DNA of 64,000 bases from NCBI RefSeq assembly GCF_009914755.1, contig NC_060939.1, one strand, 5' to 3'. A model generated the notes under the pieces. That model saw only the letters and a list, made by a program, of their open reading frames with translations, did no database searches and was not told the DNA's origin. Each line of letters begins with the position of its first letter. Within the stretch, counting starts at the first letter, position 1. Source of the DNA: the human T2T-CHM13v2.0 reference genome, Homo sapiens. The position numbers and the translations under genes are program-made. This document shows, piece by piece, positions 32,805 through 46,799 of this stretch.

Positions 32805-35690
32805 TCATACAAGGGTGCCCACTCTCAGAACTTCTATTCAACATAGTACTGGATGTCCTAGCCAGAGCAATTAGGCAAAAGAAAGAAATAAAAGGCATGA
32901 AAATTGGAAAGGAAGAAGTTAAATTGTTTCTGTTTGCAGTTGACATGATCTTATATATAGAAAACACCAATAACTCTGCCAAAAAATTTAGAATTCATAA
33001 ATGAATTTAGTAAAGTTGCAGGATACAATGTGAACATACAAAATTCAGTAGCATTTCTACACATCAACAACAAACTATACAAAAAAAGAAATCAAGAAAA
33101 CAATCCTATTTATAATAGCAACAAAAAATACTTAGATGTAAATTTAAACAAAGAGGTGAATGATCTTTACACTGAAAACTACAAAACATTGATGAAAGCA
33201 ATTGAAGAAGCCACAAATAAATGGAAAGATATCTCATGTTCATGGATTGGAAAAAGTAATATGTTTGAAATGTTCATACTATCCAAAGTGATGTACATAT
33301 TGAATGCAATCTCTACCAAATTCCTATGACATTTTCCCACAGAAATAGAAAAACAACTCTCAAATCTGTATGGAATCACAAAAAACTCTGAAAAGCCAAA
33401 AGAATCTTGATCAAAAAAAGCAAGGCAGGAGATATCACATTACCTGACTTCAAATTATACTACATAGCTATAGCAATCGAAACACCATGGTACTGGCATA
33501 AACGCAGACACATAGACCAATTACACAGAATAAAGAGCCCATAAATAAATCTACATATTATAGTCAATTGACTTTCAACAAAGGTGCCAGGAACACACAT
33601 GGGGAAAGAACAGTCTCTTCAAAAAAATGGTGTTGAGAAAACTGAATGTCCACAAGATTGATATTAGGCCCTTATTTCATACCATATAAAAATATAAACT
33701 CAAAATAAGTTAGACTTAAATGTAAGACCTAGCACTATAGAACTCCTAGAAGAAAACAGGGGAATAACTCCAAGACATTGGTCTGGGCAATAATATTTTA
33801 TGATATGACTCTAAAGCACAGGCAAGAAAAGCAACAAAACACAAATGGAATAGCATCAACCTAAAAAGCTTCTGCGCAGCAAAAGAAAGTCAACAGAGTG
33901 AAGTGATAACCTACAAAATGGGAGAAATTATCTGCAAACTATACATTTGATAAGAGGCTAATGTCCAAAATATCTTAGGAACACAAACAACTCAATAATA
34001 AGAAAACAGGGAACCCTAATGAAAAATTGACAAAGGATCTAAATAGACATTTCTCAAAAGAAGACATACAAATGGCCAACAGATATATAAAAATGCTAAT
34101 TATCACTGATCATCAGAGAAATGCATATTAAAACTACAATAAAATGCCATTTCACATCCGTTAGAATGGCTGTTACAGAAAAGGCAGAAGATACCAAGTG
34201 TTGGAGAGGATGTGGAGAAAAGGAAAACCTTGTAATTGTTGAGAATGTAAATTATTTCAGCCATTGTAAAAGACAGTATAAATGATTCTGTAAAAATAGA
34301 ATTACCATATGATCCAGTAATGCTATTTCTGGGCATATATTAAAAAGATATCAAATCAGTGTGTCAATGAGTTATCTGTACTCCCATATTTATTGTAGCA
34401 TTATTCACAACAGCCAAGATGTGGAATTAACTTAAGTATCCATCGACACATGAGTGGATGAAGAAAACGTGGTACACATACACAATAGAATAGTATACAA
34501 CCTTAAAAAATAAAAAAAGTATCATTTGTGACAACATGAATGAACCGGGAGGACATTATACTGAGTAAAATAATCCAGGCACAGAAAGCCAGATACTGCA
34601 TAGTCTCACTTGTATGTGGAGGTCTAAGAAGGCTGAACACATAGAAGTACAGAGTAGAATGATGGTTACCAGGAGGATTGGGTAGATGTTGGTCGAAGGG
34701 TACAAAATTGCATTGTACAGGAGGAATGAATTCAACAGATCTATTGTGCAATATGGTGACTATAGTGGATAACAATGTATTGTTTTTAAATTTAATTTTT
34801 GTGGGTACATAGCAGGTGTATACATTTATGGGGTACATGAAATATTTTGGTACAGGCATGCAATGTACAATAAGTACATAATGGAAAATTGGATATTCAT
34901 CCCCTCAAGCATTTATTATTTGTGTTATAAACAATCCAGTTATACTCTTTCAGTTATTTTTAAATGTATAATTGAATTTTAGACTGCAATCCCCCTGTTG
35001 TGCTATCAAATACTAGGTCTTATTAAATCTTTCTTTTTTTGTACCCATTAACCATCCCCCACCTCTCCCAACCCCCACTACCCTTCACAGCCTCTGGTAT
35101 ACTTCCTTCTACTCTCTATCTCCATGAGTTCAGTTGTTTGCTTTTTGGATTCCACATATAAGTGATAACACATAGTATTTGTCTTTTTGTGCCTGGCTTA
35201 TTTCACTTAACATAATGACCTCCAGTTTCATCTATGTTGTTGCAAATGACAGGGTCTCATTCCTTTTTATGGCTGAATAGTACTTCATTGTATATAAGTA
35301 CCACATTTTCTTTATTCATTCATCTGTTGATGGACACTTAGGTTGACTCCATAACTTCGCTATTGTAAATAGTGCTGCAACAAATACGGGAGTGCAGATA
35401 TCTCTTCGATATACTGATTTCTTTTTTGGGGGGTATATATGCAGCAGTGGGATTGCTGGACCACATGGTAGCTCTATTTTTACTTTTTTGAGGAGCCTTC
35501 AAACTGTTCTCCATAGGGGATGTACTTGTATTCTTCAAAATTGCTAAGAGTAGATTTTTAAGTGTTCTCATAAAAAAAGATAAGCATGTAAGGTAATGCA
35601 TATGTTAGCTTAACATGGCTATTTTACAATGAATATATATTTCAAAACATATAATTTTATTTATCTGATAAAATAAATATAAAATATGAA
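32805..35690 (+). mobile_element. L1MA-type 3' portion (RT to 3'UTR), interrupted by an antisense L1MA end at ~34782-35517
   Basis: [23 protein letters not shown]...LFAVDMILY. The 3'UTR resumes at ~35520 (CAAAATTGCTAAGAGTAGATTTT). Confidence 0.85.
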
Positions 35691-36464
35691 ACTTTATATT
35701 AATAAATTTGACAATCATAAGGAATGGTCAAGTTCCTATGAAAAACACCTACTTTTATGAAATGATCAGAAAAAAACTAGAAAAACTGAGTAGTTTTTTT
35801 TTCATTGTAGAAATTTTATTTAGAAAATTTTTTTTTCCTGTAGAAAGAACTCCAGGGCTAGGTGGATGCAATATTTAATAAAGAAATATTACCAAATATT
35901 TAATAAAGAAATAATGCCAATGTTACATGAATATTTTTAGAGAATTGGGAAGACATAACACTTTCCAACTTGTTTTATATGGTGGTACCTCCATGATAAT
36001 AAAACCATACAAGGATATTAAAAGAAATGAAATTACAGACTAATATACTACATAATAATTCTAAACAAAAATGTTTGCAAATATCCAACAATATACTCCA
36101 AAGAAAAATACATCGTGACTAAGTGCAGTAATTTCAAGAATGTATGGTTTAAAATTAGAAAACCAAACAATGAAATTAACCACATTAACTGAATAAAAGA
36201 AAAAAATATGGTTATTTCAATAGCTGCGGGTAAAGCACTTGTTCACATTTGAAACTATTTGTAATAATAACAAGCTAGGAATAGAAGAGAACTGATGTAA
36301 ATATCTTAATATATACACAAAAACTACTCTCAACATTATAAATAATCATGACATATTAAACAGTTTCATTCTAACACGAGGAACAAGGTACACATGTCCA
36401 GCTCAACACTTTATTCATCATTAAAATAATACTGTGCAGTAAAATTAACAAGGAAAATTTTTAA

Positions 36465-37500
36465 AAAGAACACAAAAGAAAACTACAAATCCTTATCCCT
36501 GATCAACACAGATGTAAAAATACTCAACAAAATTCTAGCAAACTGAAGCTAACAGCACATCAAAAAGATAATTCATCATGATCAAGTGGGCTTTATTCCA
36601 GGGGTGCTTGAATGGTTCAAAATAGACAAATCAATAAACATGATTCACCACATAAATGGAACTGAGAACAAAAACCCTATGATCATCTCATTAGATGCAG
36701 AATAAGCATTTGATAAAATCCAACATCTGTTTATGATAAAAACCCTCAACAATATAGGTATAGATGGAGTATACCTCAAAAAATGAGTCATCTATGACAA
36801 AGCCACAGCCAACATCATCCTGGATGGGCAAAAGTTGGAAGTGTTGCTTCTAGAAACTGGAAAAAAGCAAGGATGTTCACCTTCATCATTCCTATTCAAT
36901 ACATTACTGGAAGTGCTAGCCAGAACTATCAGAAAGGAGAAAGAAATAAAAGGTATACAAATTAGAAAAGAAGTCAAATGATCTCTGCTCACTGATGACA
37001 TGACTGTAGGCCTGGAAAACCCTAAAGTCTTCAGAAGACTCCTAGACTTGATACACGACTTCAGTAAAGTCTTGGGATAAACAAGCCACAAAAATCAGTT
37101 GTATTTCTATACACCAAAAACATTCAAGCTGTTTGAATGTTTGTTGAGATTAATTTGTTGAGAACCAAATTAAGAACTCAACTGAATTTACAATAGCCAT
37201 GAAAAATACCTAGGAATGCATAACTATATAAATGAAAGATCTCTACAAGGAGAACTACAAAATACTAATGAAAGAAATTATAGATGACATAAACAAATGG
37301 AAAAACATCCCATGCTCATGGATTAGAAAAATCAATAGCTAAAGTGACCATATCACCCATACAATCTATAGAGTTAATGCAATTCCCATCAAATTATCAA
37401 CGTTATTTTTCACAAAATTAAAAAAAAATCCTAAAGTTCACATGGAGCCAAAAAAGATCCCAAATAGCCAAAGCACTTCTAAGCAAAAAACAAAGCAAAA
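36465..37500 (+). mobile_element. L1 (L1PB-like) RT fragment flanked by older L1M pieces
   Basis: CATGATCAAGTGGGCTTTATTCCAGGG...GATGACATGA...CCCATGCTCATGGATT. Confidence 0.8.
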
Positions 37501-38151
37501 CAAAACAAAGCCCCCAGAGCAAAAGACAAATATGGTTCCTACAAATGAAGACCAATGGTAATGCTTATCTGTTCGTGGTAGAAGTGTGAATTGGTAGGAT
37601 TGTTAAAAAAAATAGTGTAGCATTTCATGGTAATGTTGAATAACTCAATAATTTTACTTTTAAATATATACCCCAGAGGATATCTTGCACATATGAACCA
37701 GGTGATTTACAAAAGAATGTTCATAGCAGCATTGTTTGTAATGGTTAAAAACTGGAAAAATTTCAAGTGTTCATCAACAATAGATCTGAGGAATGAAGTC
37801 CGACATATTCATGTAGTGGAATATCATATAGCAATATGAATGGATGAATTACAGCAACATTCAACAAGGTTGTAATATGCAAACTTATTGAATCAAGGTG
37901 AAAGTACCTTCTGATAAAGGTGAAAGAACTTCTACAAAATAATTTCATTTATATAAGTTTCAAAGAACCAAACTAAATAATGCATCACTTGAGAACCATT
38001 AAAGTCTATTAAAAAACACATACAATGCAATGGAAGGACAGTGGTCATATCCAGCAGGAAATAAAGGAGAACACAATTGGCAAGGAGCACCCAATGGGTG
38101 TCTAAGGCACTAGTAAAGTTCTATTTTGTTTCCAATCCTCCAAGACATCTA

Positions 38152-38299
38152 GTTTTTTTATTTTTCTGAGACATGGTGGCCCAGGCTGGAGTACGATAGT
38201 GTGATCTTGGCTCACTGCAACCTGTGTCCTGGGCTTAAGTGATCCTCCCACCTCGGCCTCCCAAAGTACTGGGATTACAGGTGTGAGCAACCATGGCCG
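38152..38299 (-). mobile_element. Alu monomer or internally deleted Alu
   Basis: CCCAGGCTGGAGT...CTCGGCCTCCCAAAGTACTGGGATTACAGG. Confidence 0.8.
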
Positions 38300-38796
38300 G
38301 CAAATGTTCTATTTCATATCCTGTATGGTGGACACATAGATGTTCTCTTTTTTATTATTCCTTGAACACTAAGTATATGTTTTTTTATATTCTCTGTGGA
38401 ATACCTCCTTATTTCTCAGTCAATTCAGGATACCTCCTTACCCCCATCCCCTTTTTACTTTTCGTCATGTCATATAGTTTCTGAGATATAGAAAAGCTTA
38501 CATATTATCCTGTCATCAGAGCGGCATGGAGGCATTTGGTAGAATAAATATTATTTGTTGATTATTCATCCTTTCACTTTACAGAGTCAATCAAACACCA
38601 GGTCATGTTAATTTTACTGTCACACACATTTCTTGAATTTGCCTCCTTATCTCTATTTCCACTATTCAGTTCAGACCTTGATCATCACTCATCTGCATTG
38701 TAGTTGCATTTTTCTAATTATTCTGTTTCTAGTCTTGTTCTAAAATCTTTTTTCCTCCCACAATGCAGCTAGAGTGGTCAATTTAAAGCATCATCT

Positions 38797-39074
38797 ATCT
38801 CAAGAACAAAAAACCAAACACCGCATGTTTTCACTCATAGGTGGGACTTGAACAATGAGAACACGGACACAGGAAGGGGAATATCACACACCGGGGCCTG
38901 TTGTGGGGTGGGGGGAGGGGGGAGGGATAGCGTTAGGAGACATACCTAATGTAAATGATGAGTTAATGGGTGCAGCACACCAACATGGCACATGTATACA
39001 TATGTAACAAACCTGCATGTTGTGCACATGTACCCTAGAACTTAAAGTATAATAAAAATAAATATTAAAAAAAG
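38797..39074 (+). mobile_element. Truncated L1PA 3' end inserted in an L2-like element
   Basis: L1 3'UTR plus A tail. TSD AAGCATCATCT at 38786-38796 and 39075-39085. Confidence 0.92.
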
Positions 39075-40507
39075 AAGCATCATCTTTATTAAAACATTTA
39101 ATGGTCCGACTATTCCTTATGCTATAAATTTCTTATAATTTAATAAATATTTTTCCGTAATTGTGACTCTCTTCTATAGCTCTTGTTACTCCCGATATTC
39201 TTCTAATTATCAGGCAGCAGTACAAAGCTGCTTACACCTCTTTACACATCTCTTTATTTTAGGCCTCCTTGCATTTGCTCATGCTGTTCCTTTTTGTTTG
39301 AAAAGCTTACACATTTCTTCATTTGGTTAATCCTTGCACACTTTCAAGACTCATTTGAGGCCTCATTGACTTTGGAAACCTTCCCTGTAATCTTGTATTA
39401 TTAACTTATCTTAGTTTTCACTTATTAGCTCTTATTAGATTACTGTCCTTACGTGTGTAACTCTCCCACTAGACAGTAAGCTTTTGGACGGCAGAGATGA
39501 TGTCTCATTCATCTTTGCATCTTTAGCGCCCAGCCTGGTTTCTGGTTTCCTATAGTCACTCAGTGTTGAGCTAAACCATATTTTTGGGGCAATGACTTGA
39601 CAATGCAGTATCATGATGGAACTATCACAGATGGACAGAATGAGTCTCTTGATTCCTACATTTATTTTTCTATTGATATAGCTGATTTAAAAAGAAACCT
39701 CTGTTAATTATATAATCATGTAATTACCCTGACATAACATCAAACTCCATAAATTACTTTCCATCTCTGCCTCTCTCTCTTTCTATATATATAACATATA
39801 CATGTTACAAAAATGCACAGGGAATAAATATGAGCAAAATGGTAAGAAGTGCAGGTTCTAGGTCAGATTTCCTGCATTTACTTGCAGGCTACGCCAACTT
39901 TAGAGAAAAGATTTAGTGAAAAATAAAAATGAATCATTAATACACCACTTGGCACCGATAAGTTATTCAGTAAACATTAACATATGTGCATTTATGTTTA
40001 ACCAGGGGCTTAAGTGATTATCCAGAAATCTCCCTCTCTTTGACTATGTTTGAATATTAGATACTTCTTAATTTATGTTTGCTCTGAATTTGTTTTTTTT
40101 CACTCGTTGTATACTCATGGACCATTTTATGTGTTTCAGGAATTGAAATTTTATTTAAAAACTGTTACTATAGAAATTAACTTTTGGATAGTCCTGTTCA
40201 GACTAAAACTATCATTTGTAAGATCTGTATTACTGCAATCATTGGTGTTAATACTTTGCATTAATTAAAATTTTTTATGGACATATAATAAGTATTTCTC
40301 CCACCTCGATTTTTGTGGCTATCATTTTATTCATTCCATTGCTTTTTTCTCCCAGTTTGCTATGAGGAAGTTGATAAGTACGTAGGCAAAACGATAGATT
40401 GTTTTGGCAGCTTCAGTGTATTTAAGTGCCTGTGATGAGGCTATGGTTTATTTTTCTAATGTAGAATTCATAATGTAGAATAAATTTTAAAAACATAAAT
40501 TTTTTTT

Positions 40508-40576
40508 CCTGCACATTGTGCACATGTACCCTAGAACTTAAAGTATGATAAAAATATACATATATAACAAATTAAT
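40508..40576 (+). mobile_element. Extremely truncated L1PA 3' end
   Basis: CCTGCACATTGTGCACATGTACCCTAGAACTTAAAGTAT with flanking AACATAAATTT on both sides. Confidence 0.8.
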
Positions 40577-43404
40577 AACATAAATTTCTTTGCACAGCTT
40601 TTTCTTTCTGCTATTTTTATTCAATGATTATTTGCTTCCCTTGTTATTTAAGAGCTGACTTCTGGCTTCATGGCCAAAAATAAAATTCTTAGTAGGAGAA
40701 AGTAAATGTAATTTACTGATGAAGATGCCACCCCCAAGTGACCCATTAACCACTTTCCCTACGTTACCCTGGGACAACCAAAGTGATTCCAGGAGGCAAT
40801 TCCCGTGACAAGTGATTTCTGGCTGGCAATGCCAGGTCTCTGAAGTTCCACTTGGCCACTGCCCAAGAACAATTAGTGCCGTTAGTTAACTACCTTTACT
40901 ATGACAGCATTTTGTGTAACTCTTTGCACAGGGGAGTTTTATGCAACAGACAGAAACTTTCTGAGTTGTTCTGATTGCCTGAAGATGCCCTGTTTTAGAG
41001 GAGCAAAATTTTCCCTGTTTACTGTGTTTCAGTGTTAAAAATATGAATGCATTGTCAGGATTAGCTCTGGCAATGGTAGTTAAATGCAGATATCCAGACA
41101 AAGGAGGTTATAGATTGGAGACTTTGTGCTACTTGATAATGAAGCCTTGGTTTTGATTTTATTTATTTTTAAGTTGAAAAACAAAACACACACACACACA
41201 ATACAAAACATGGCACAAAACAAACTTATAGTTTGATTTTTGTAAACATCCCTGTAATCATCACATAAGTCAAGATATAGGACTTTGCCAGCCCTGAAGC
41301 ATGTGACTCTCCTCAGTTGCAGCCACCTTTCTCCTGAAAAGTAACGATAAACATGACTGTTCCAGTAGAGGTGTCCTTGCATTTTCACGGCTGTGTCCTT
41401 CCTGCATGCATTCCAAGACACTATGATTTAGTCTTGCCCATTTGTTTTCATTTGTCGTGTTTTTAAAATCCCTTCTAACATACAGGTTTCTTTTCAAAGT
41501 TTTCTTTCCCATACAATATATTTGTTGAAAAATTTGGGATTTTTGTCACTTGGTGTCCACACTGTGAAATTTGCTGGTGAGACTCTCAGTGAAGATCGAC
41601 ATTTTCACTATCCTTTGCGTTTTATCCAAATGACAGTTGAATCCAGAGGTTTGACTAGGACACGTGCTTGGTTCTATTTTTGGTAAGATTGTAGGTGATG
41701 GTGTGTTCATTCACCAGGAGGTTTAATTATGGCTTTTATCTTAGCACCTACTACTACTTTCTACTAACACCTGTTAATACAAAGAAAGTTAATATTTTCT
41801 ACTAGCACCTGTTAATTTTGTTGATCTCTGTATAATTTTTTAATTCTCAATTTCATTTATCTCTGCTCTAATCTTCATTTCCTTCCTTCTGCTAGCTCTG
41901 GATTTTGTTTGCTCTTCCTTTTACGGTTTATTGAGTAAAGTTTGGTTATTGATTTGACATGTTTCTTTTTTAAAATGTAGGTGTTACAACTCTGAGCACT
42001 GCTTTTGATATATCACACCCATCTTGTTATATATTTGTTTTCAATCATCTCTAAACATTTTCTAATTTCCCTCATGATTTGTTCTTTGATTCATTGGTTG
42101 GTAAATACTGTGTTGTTTAATTTCCAAATATTTGTAAATTTTCTAGTTTTTCTTTTGTTATTGATATCTTATTTCATTCCATTGTGGCCAGTGAAGATAC
42201 TTTGCATGATTTCAATCTTTTTAAGTTTATTGAGCTTATCTTATGGCCTAACGTATCATCTGTGCTGGAGAATGTTCCATGTTCACTTGAGAAGAATGTG
42301 TATTCTGCAGTTTTTGAGAGAAGTGTTATCTATAGTTATTGCTTATAGTTTTATTCAAATCCTCTAATTCCTCCCTTGATATTTGCTCTGGATGTTTTAT
42401 CTTTTATTTAAAGTTGGGTTTTCAAATGCCCAACAATTTTCGTGGAATTGTCTGTCTCTCCCTTTAATTCTCTCAATGGTTACATTATATATTTTGGAGC
42501 CCTGTTAGTTGGTGTACATATATTTATAATTGTTATATCTTCTTAATTAATTTTGAAATCAATATATACTGTTCTTTGTATTTTGTAACAGTTTTTGACT
42601 TAAAGTCTATTTTGTCTGATATAAGTATATTTGCCTCAGATCTCCTTTGGTTATTACTTACATGGAATATTTTCTCCCATCTTTTCATTTCAACTCATTG
42701 TGTATTTTGATCTAAAGTGAGTATCTTGTGGACAATATAGTTGGATCATTTTTAAAAAATCCATTCTGTCAATCTCTTTCTTTGGATTGGAGAGTTTAAT
42801 TCATTTGTATTTAATGTAATTACTGATAAAGAGGGGCTTACTCCTACCATTTTGCTTTTGTTTTCTGTATGTCTTATACCTCCTTTGTTCCTAATTTCCT
42901 CAATTATCGCCTTCTTTTGTGTTTAGTTGCTATTTTGTAGCATATCACTGTGTTTACCCTCTGCTTTCCTTTTCTGTATTTTCAAAAGATATTAACTTAG
43001 TGGTTACCATGGGGATTTACAATTAACATTCTTAATTTGGAACAATTTAGAGTAAATTGAAACAACTTCAATAGTATACAAAATCTCTATTATTATTTAG
43101 TTTCCTATGAATTTCTTTATGTTGGTAATTTCACAAACCACATCTTTATACATCATGCTTCATTAACATAGATTTATAGTCATTATTTTACACATTTGTT
43201 TTAAAACATATAGAATATTAAAAAAGACTTACAAAAATGTGATAATTGCTTTTATATTTACCTATGTAGTTATCTTTACTGGAGTTATTTCTTTATGTGG
43301 TTTTGAGTTACTTTCTAGTGTTTTTTAGTTTGTATGTGAAGGAGTCTTTTTTTTTAAAGTGTATCTTGAAGTACAGCCTACCAAACATGAACTTTTAAAG
43401 CTTG

Positions 43405-43449
43405 CTTGCTTTTCTTTCTTTCTTTCTTTCTCTTTCTTTCTTTCTTTTT

Positions 43450-43493
<44 letters not shown>

Positions 43494-43501
43494 TCCTTCT
43501 T

Positions 43502-43534
<33 letters not shown>

Positions 43535-43565
43535 TTCTTCCTTTCTTTCTCTTTCTTCTTTCTCT

Positions 43566-43624
<59 letters not shown>

Positions 43625-43654
43625 CTTTCTCTCTCTCTCTCTTTCTTTTTTTTT
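43405..43654. repeat. Compound (TTTC)n/(TC)n microsatellite
   Basis: About 250-bp pyrimidine-only tract. Confidence 0.97.
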
Positions 43655-43759
43655 AATCTGGGAATGTGTAATTTATCCTTAATACTTGAAGGGGCATCTT
43701 CCAAGTTATAGAATTTTTGGTTGACAGTGTTTTTTTCTTTCAGAACTTTAAAATGTCAT

Positions 43760-43936
43760 CCTAAGCTCTTCTGGCACCCATGGTTTATAATGAGCTCTCT
43801 GCTGTCAAACTTACTGAGGATCCTTTGTAAATGACGCGTTGCCTTTTTCCTAAGCTCTTCTGGCATCCATGGCTTATAATGCACTATCTGCTGTCAAACT
43901 TATTGAGGATCCTTTGTAAATGACGCGTTGCCTTTC
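43760..43936. repeat. Tandem duplication, 89 bp x2
   Basis: CCTAAGCTCTTCTGGCA...GATCCTTTGTAAATGACGCGTTGCCTTT at 43760 and 43849. Confidence 0.9.
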
Positions 43937-45743
43937 TCTTGCTGCTTTCAAACATTCGCTTTGCCTTTTGACAATTTGAAACATAGTGTGTCTTGGTGTG
44001 AATATCTTTGTATATTTCCTTGAAGTTCACTGAGCTTTTTGAATGTATATATTTGTTTTTAGTGAAATTTGGGAAGCTTTCAAACACATTTCTTCAAATA
44101 GTCTTCCTGCCCCTCACTCCCCACCAGGATTCTGTATGTAGGCATTCTTGATGTTGTTACACAGGTCTTTAGGCTCTATTCTTTTTTGTTGTCATTCTTT
44201 CATTTTCCTGCTCTTCAGACTGAATCATTTCATTTGATCTATCAAGTTCACTGATTCTTTTTTCCAGCTGCTCAAATCTTCTATTGGAACCCTAAGTAAA
44301 AAGTAACTTTTTACTTAGTTATTGTACTTTTCAGCCTCAGAATTTTTTTGTACCTTTTAAAAAATTCATATTTCTTATTTATTTATATGTCATTCTCTTG
44401 GGTTTCTTTAGCTCTTTAAGTTTATTTACGACAGTTATATAAAGTTTTTGTCTAATATTTCTAATATCTGCTTACTCAGGGAGAGTCTCATTTATTTCTT
44501 CTGTAAATGGGCCATAGTTTTGTGTTTATTTGCATGCTTCTTAATTTTTGTTGAAAACTGGACATTTTGGATATTATAATGTGTTTATTCTGGAAACCAA
44601 ATTTTTCCCTTCTTCAAGGTTATTTTTGTTACCCACTGTGGAATGTAGTTTTTATTTGTTTAGTAACTTTTGTAAACTGGTTTTGTAATATCTGCATTCT
44701 TTTTTATGTTTGATGTTTGAAGGCTCGGTTCCTTTAGCTTGTGTTCATTTAGCATTTAGTGATTTAAAAATGATTTCCTTGACTGCAAGGAGCCAAAAAA
44801 GAAAAAAATATGAAAAACATCTCCCAGACTTTGCTTACTGACTCTGTATTGGGGCTCCCTCAACACTTAGCGGAGCCATGTATAATTCTGCCTTAGCCTT
44901 CATTTTTTCTTGCTGTGAGCCTAGGAATTACTAAAGGTGAGTTATTAGTGTCTTCTCAGGCCTTTTCTGAGCATGTGTCCCACCTTGGCCATGCTTATGG
45001 ATTTCCAAATTTTTCATTGTATGTAAGCACTTTTGAGTATTCGAATTTCCCAAAGGAACTTTCTCTCCTGCTTTTTCCTCAAGTTTTCAGTACAGTATAT
45101 CTTGCCTCAATTGTAATATTTTGCCGCAAATGGCTGAGGGTTGTTAATTTGCCTTTGGACGATCTGATTTCTAAAGGTTTGGTGGAATTCTCCGTGAAAA
45201 CATCTAAACCTAGTGTTTGTGTGTGTGTTATAATTCCATGACAACTGTATTTCTCTATGGAAATTGCTCACATAAGTGCTGTACTTCTTTTTTTTTTTTT
45301 GAAGTCAGTTGTGGTGAATTGTATTTTTCTAGAAAATTACCCATTCCCTCTAGCTTTCAATGTTTTTCATAGATGTGAACAACATTGTTTTTAATGATTT
45401 TTTATTTGCTGATTATCAATAGTTATTTCTCTCACCATTCCTTATTCATTTTTGTGCTTTCTCTTTTTTTTTATTCATGATTAAGAGATCTAATTTTTTT
45501 GTCAACTTTGTTGATTTGTTTAAAGAACAAGATTTTTGGTTTACTGATTTGATCTGTTTTTTGGCTTCTTATTTTATTAATTTTCACTTTTTTCTACTTT
45601 GGGTTCTTTCTTGTACTTTCTGCTTACTCTTTTAGATACTTTTTACATTTTTCAGCTGATAATTTAATTCCTACACTTTTATTAATAAATGTGTTAAGGC
45701 TATAGATTTTCCTCTGATCACTGCTTTAACTATATCCCATATA

Positions 45744-46723
45744 CAGATGCTCCTTGATGTATGATGAAGTTTTGTCTCAACAAACCCCCGTAAACTGAAA
45801 ATATCATAAGTTAAAAATGCATTTAGCACACCGAAAATTATAGGTTGGCCTAGCTTACTTTGAACATGCTCAGAACATTTAGATTAGGCTTCAGTTGGTC
45901 AAAATAATCTAACAAAATGTCTAAATAAAGTATTGAATAACTGATATTTATTAAATATGGTACTGAAAATAAGAAACAGAATGGTTGTATGGGTACTTAT
46001 CATTAATGTACGTAGCTGAAATTACACAGGGCCTGAAGAATTTTTGAAGCATTGAGCTAAGGTTAATTGCTGAATGATGGGACTAATACTTTGACACAGT
46101 CAGTCTCTGTCTCTTCCGATCATGAGGGTTGAGAATAGCTGGTAGAAAGTATTGATGCCTGTTGATGGTAGGCAGGCATTATGTTCTTCAGGAAGATATC
46201 AAGATGGATTATCTACCTTTATTATCATTTGGCTGACTGGAAGCTGCAGCTCACCGCTGTTGCACAACATTGTGAGAGAGCATTGTGCCACATATTGGTA
46301 GTCCAGGAAAATATCAAAATTCAAAATTCGGAGTCGGGTTTCTTTCTTTTTTTTGAGCTGGAGTCTCACTCTGTTGCCAGGCTGGAGGCAGTGGCACGAT
46401 CTCGGCTCACTGCAACACCTCCGACTCCCTGGTTCAAGTGATTCTCCTGCCTCAGCCTCCCGAATAGCTGGGATTACAGGCACGCACCACAATGCCCAGC
46501 TAATTTTTGTATTTTTAGGAGAGACGGGGTTTCACCATGTTGGCCAGGATGGTCTTGATCTCTTGACCTTGTGATCCGCCCTCCTCGGCCTCCCAAAGTG
46601 CTAGGATTACAGGCGTGACCCACTGCGCCCATCCTGGAGCATGGTTTCTAATGAATGGATATCACTTTCACACCACCATAAAGCTGAAAAATGGTTGAAC
46701 CATTGTAACTTGGAAACAGTTTG
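45744..46723. mobile_element. Tigger5/MER47-type DNA transposon derivative with an Alu insertion
   Basis: Starts CAGATGCTCCTTGATGTATGATG, ends CATTGTAACTTGGAAACAGTTTG, TA on both sides. The L1 flanks rejoin across it. Confidence 0.75.
46344..46635 (-). mobile_element. Alu (AluSc-like)
   Basis: Full dimer with degenerate TSD GGAG...GGTTTCT. Confidence 0.92.
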
Positions 46724-46799
46724 TATTCTGGTATGCACTGTTTTATTATCACTATTCAGAATATTTATGTCTTGTTTTTGTATTTCCACTGTCATCCTT

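Larger units (their letters stand above)
41810..45150 (-). mobile_element. Old L1M (endonuclease, ORF1 and 5' region), degenerate
   Basis: Antisense L1 phrases: GAGAATGTTCCATGTTCACTTGAGAAGAATGTGTATTCTGC; GACTTAAAGTCTATTTTGTCTGATAT. Confidence 0.75.

Noticed and set aside
43359-43711. F/L/S-rich and K/E/R-rich ORFs
   Set aside because: Translations of the microsatellite.
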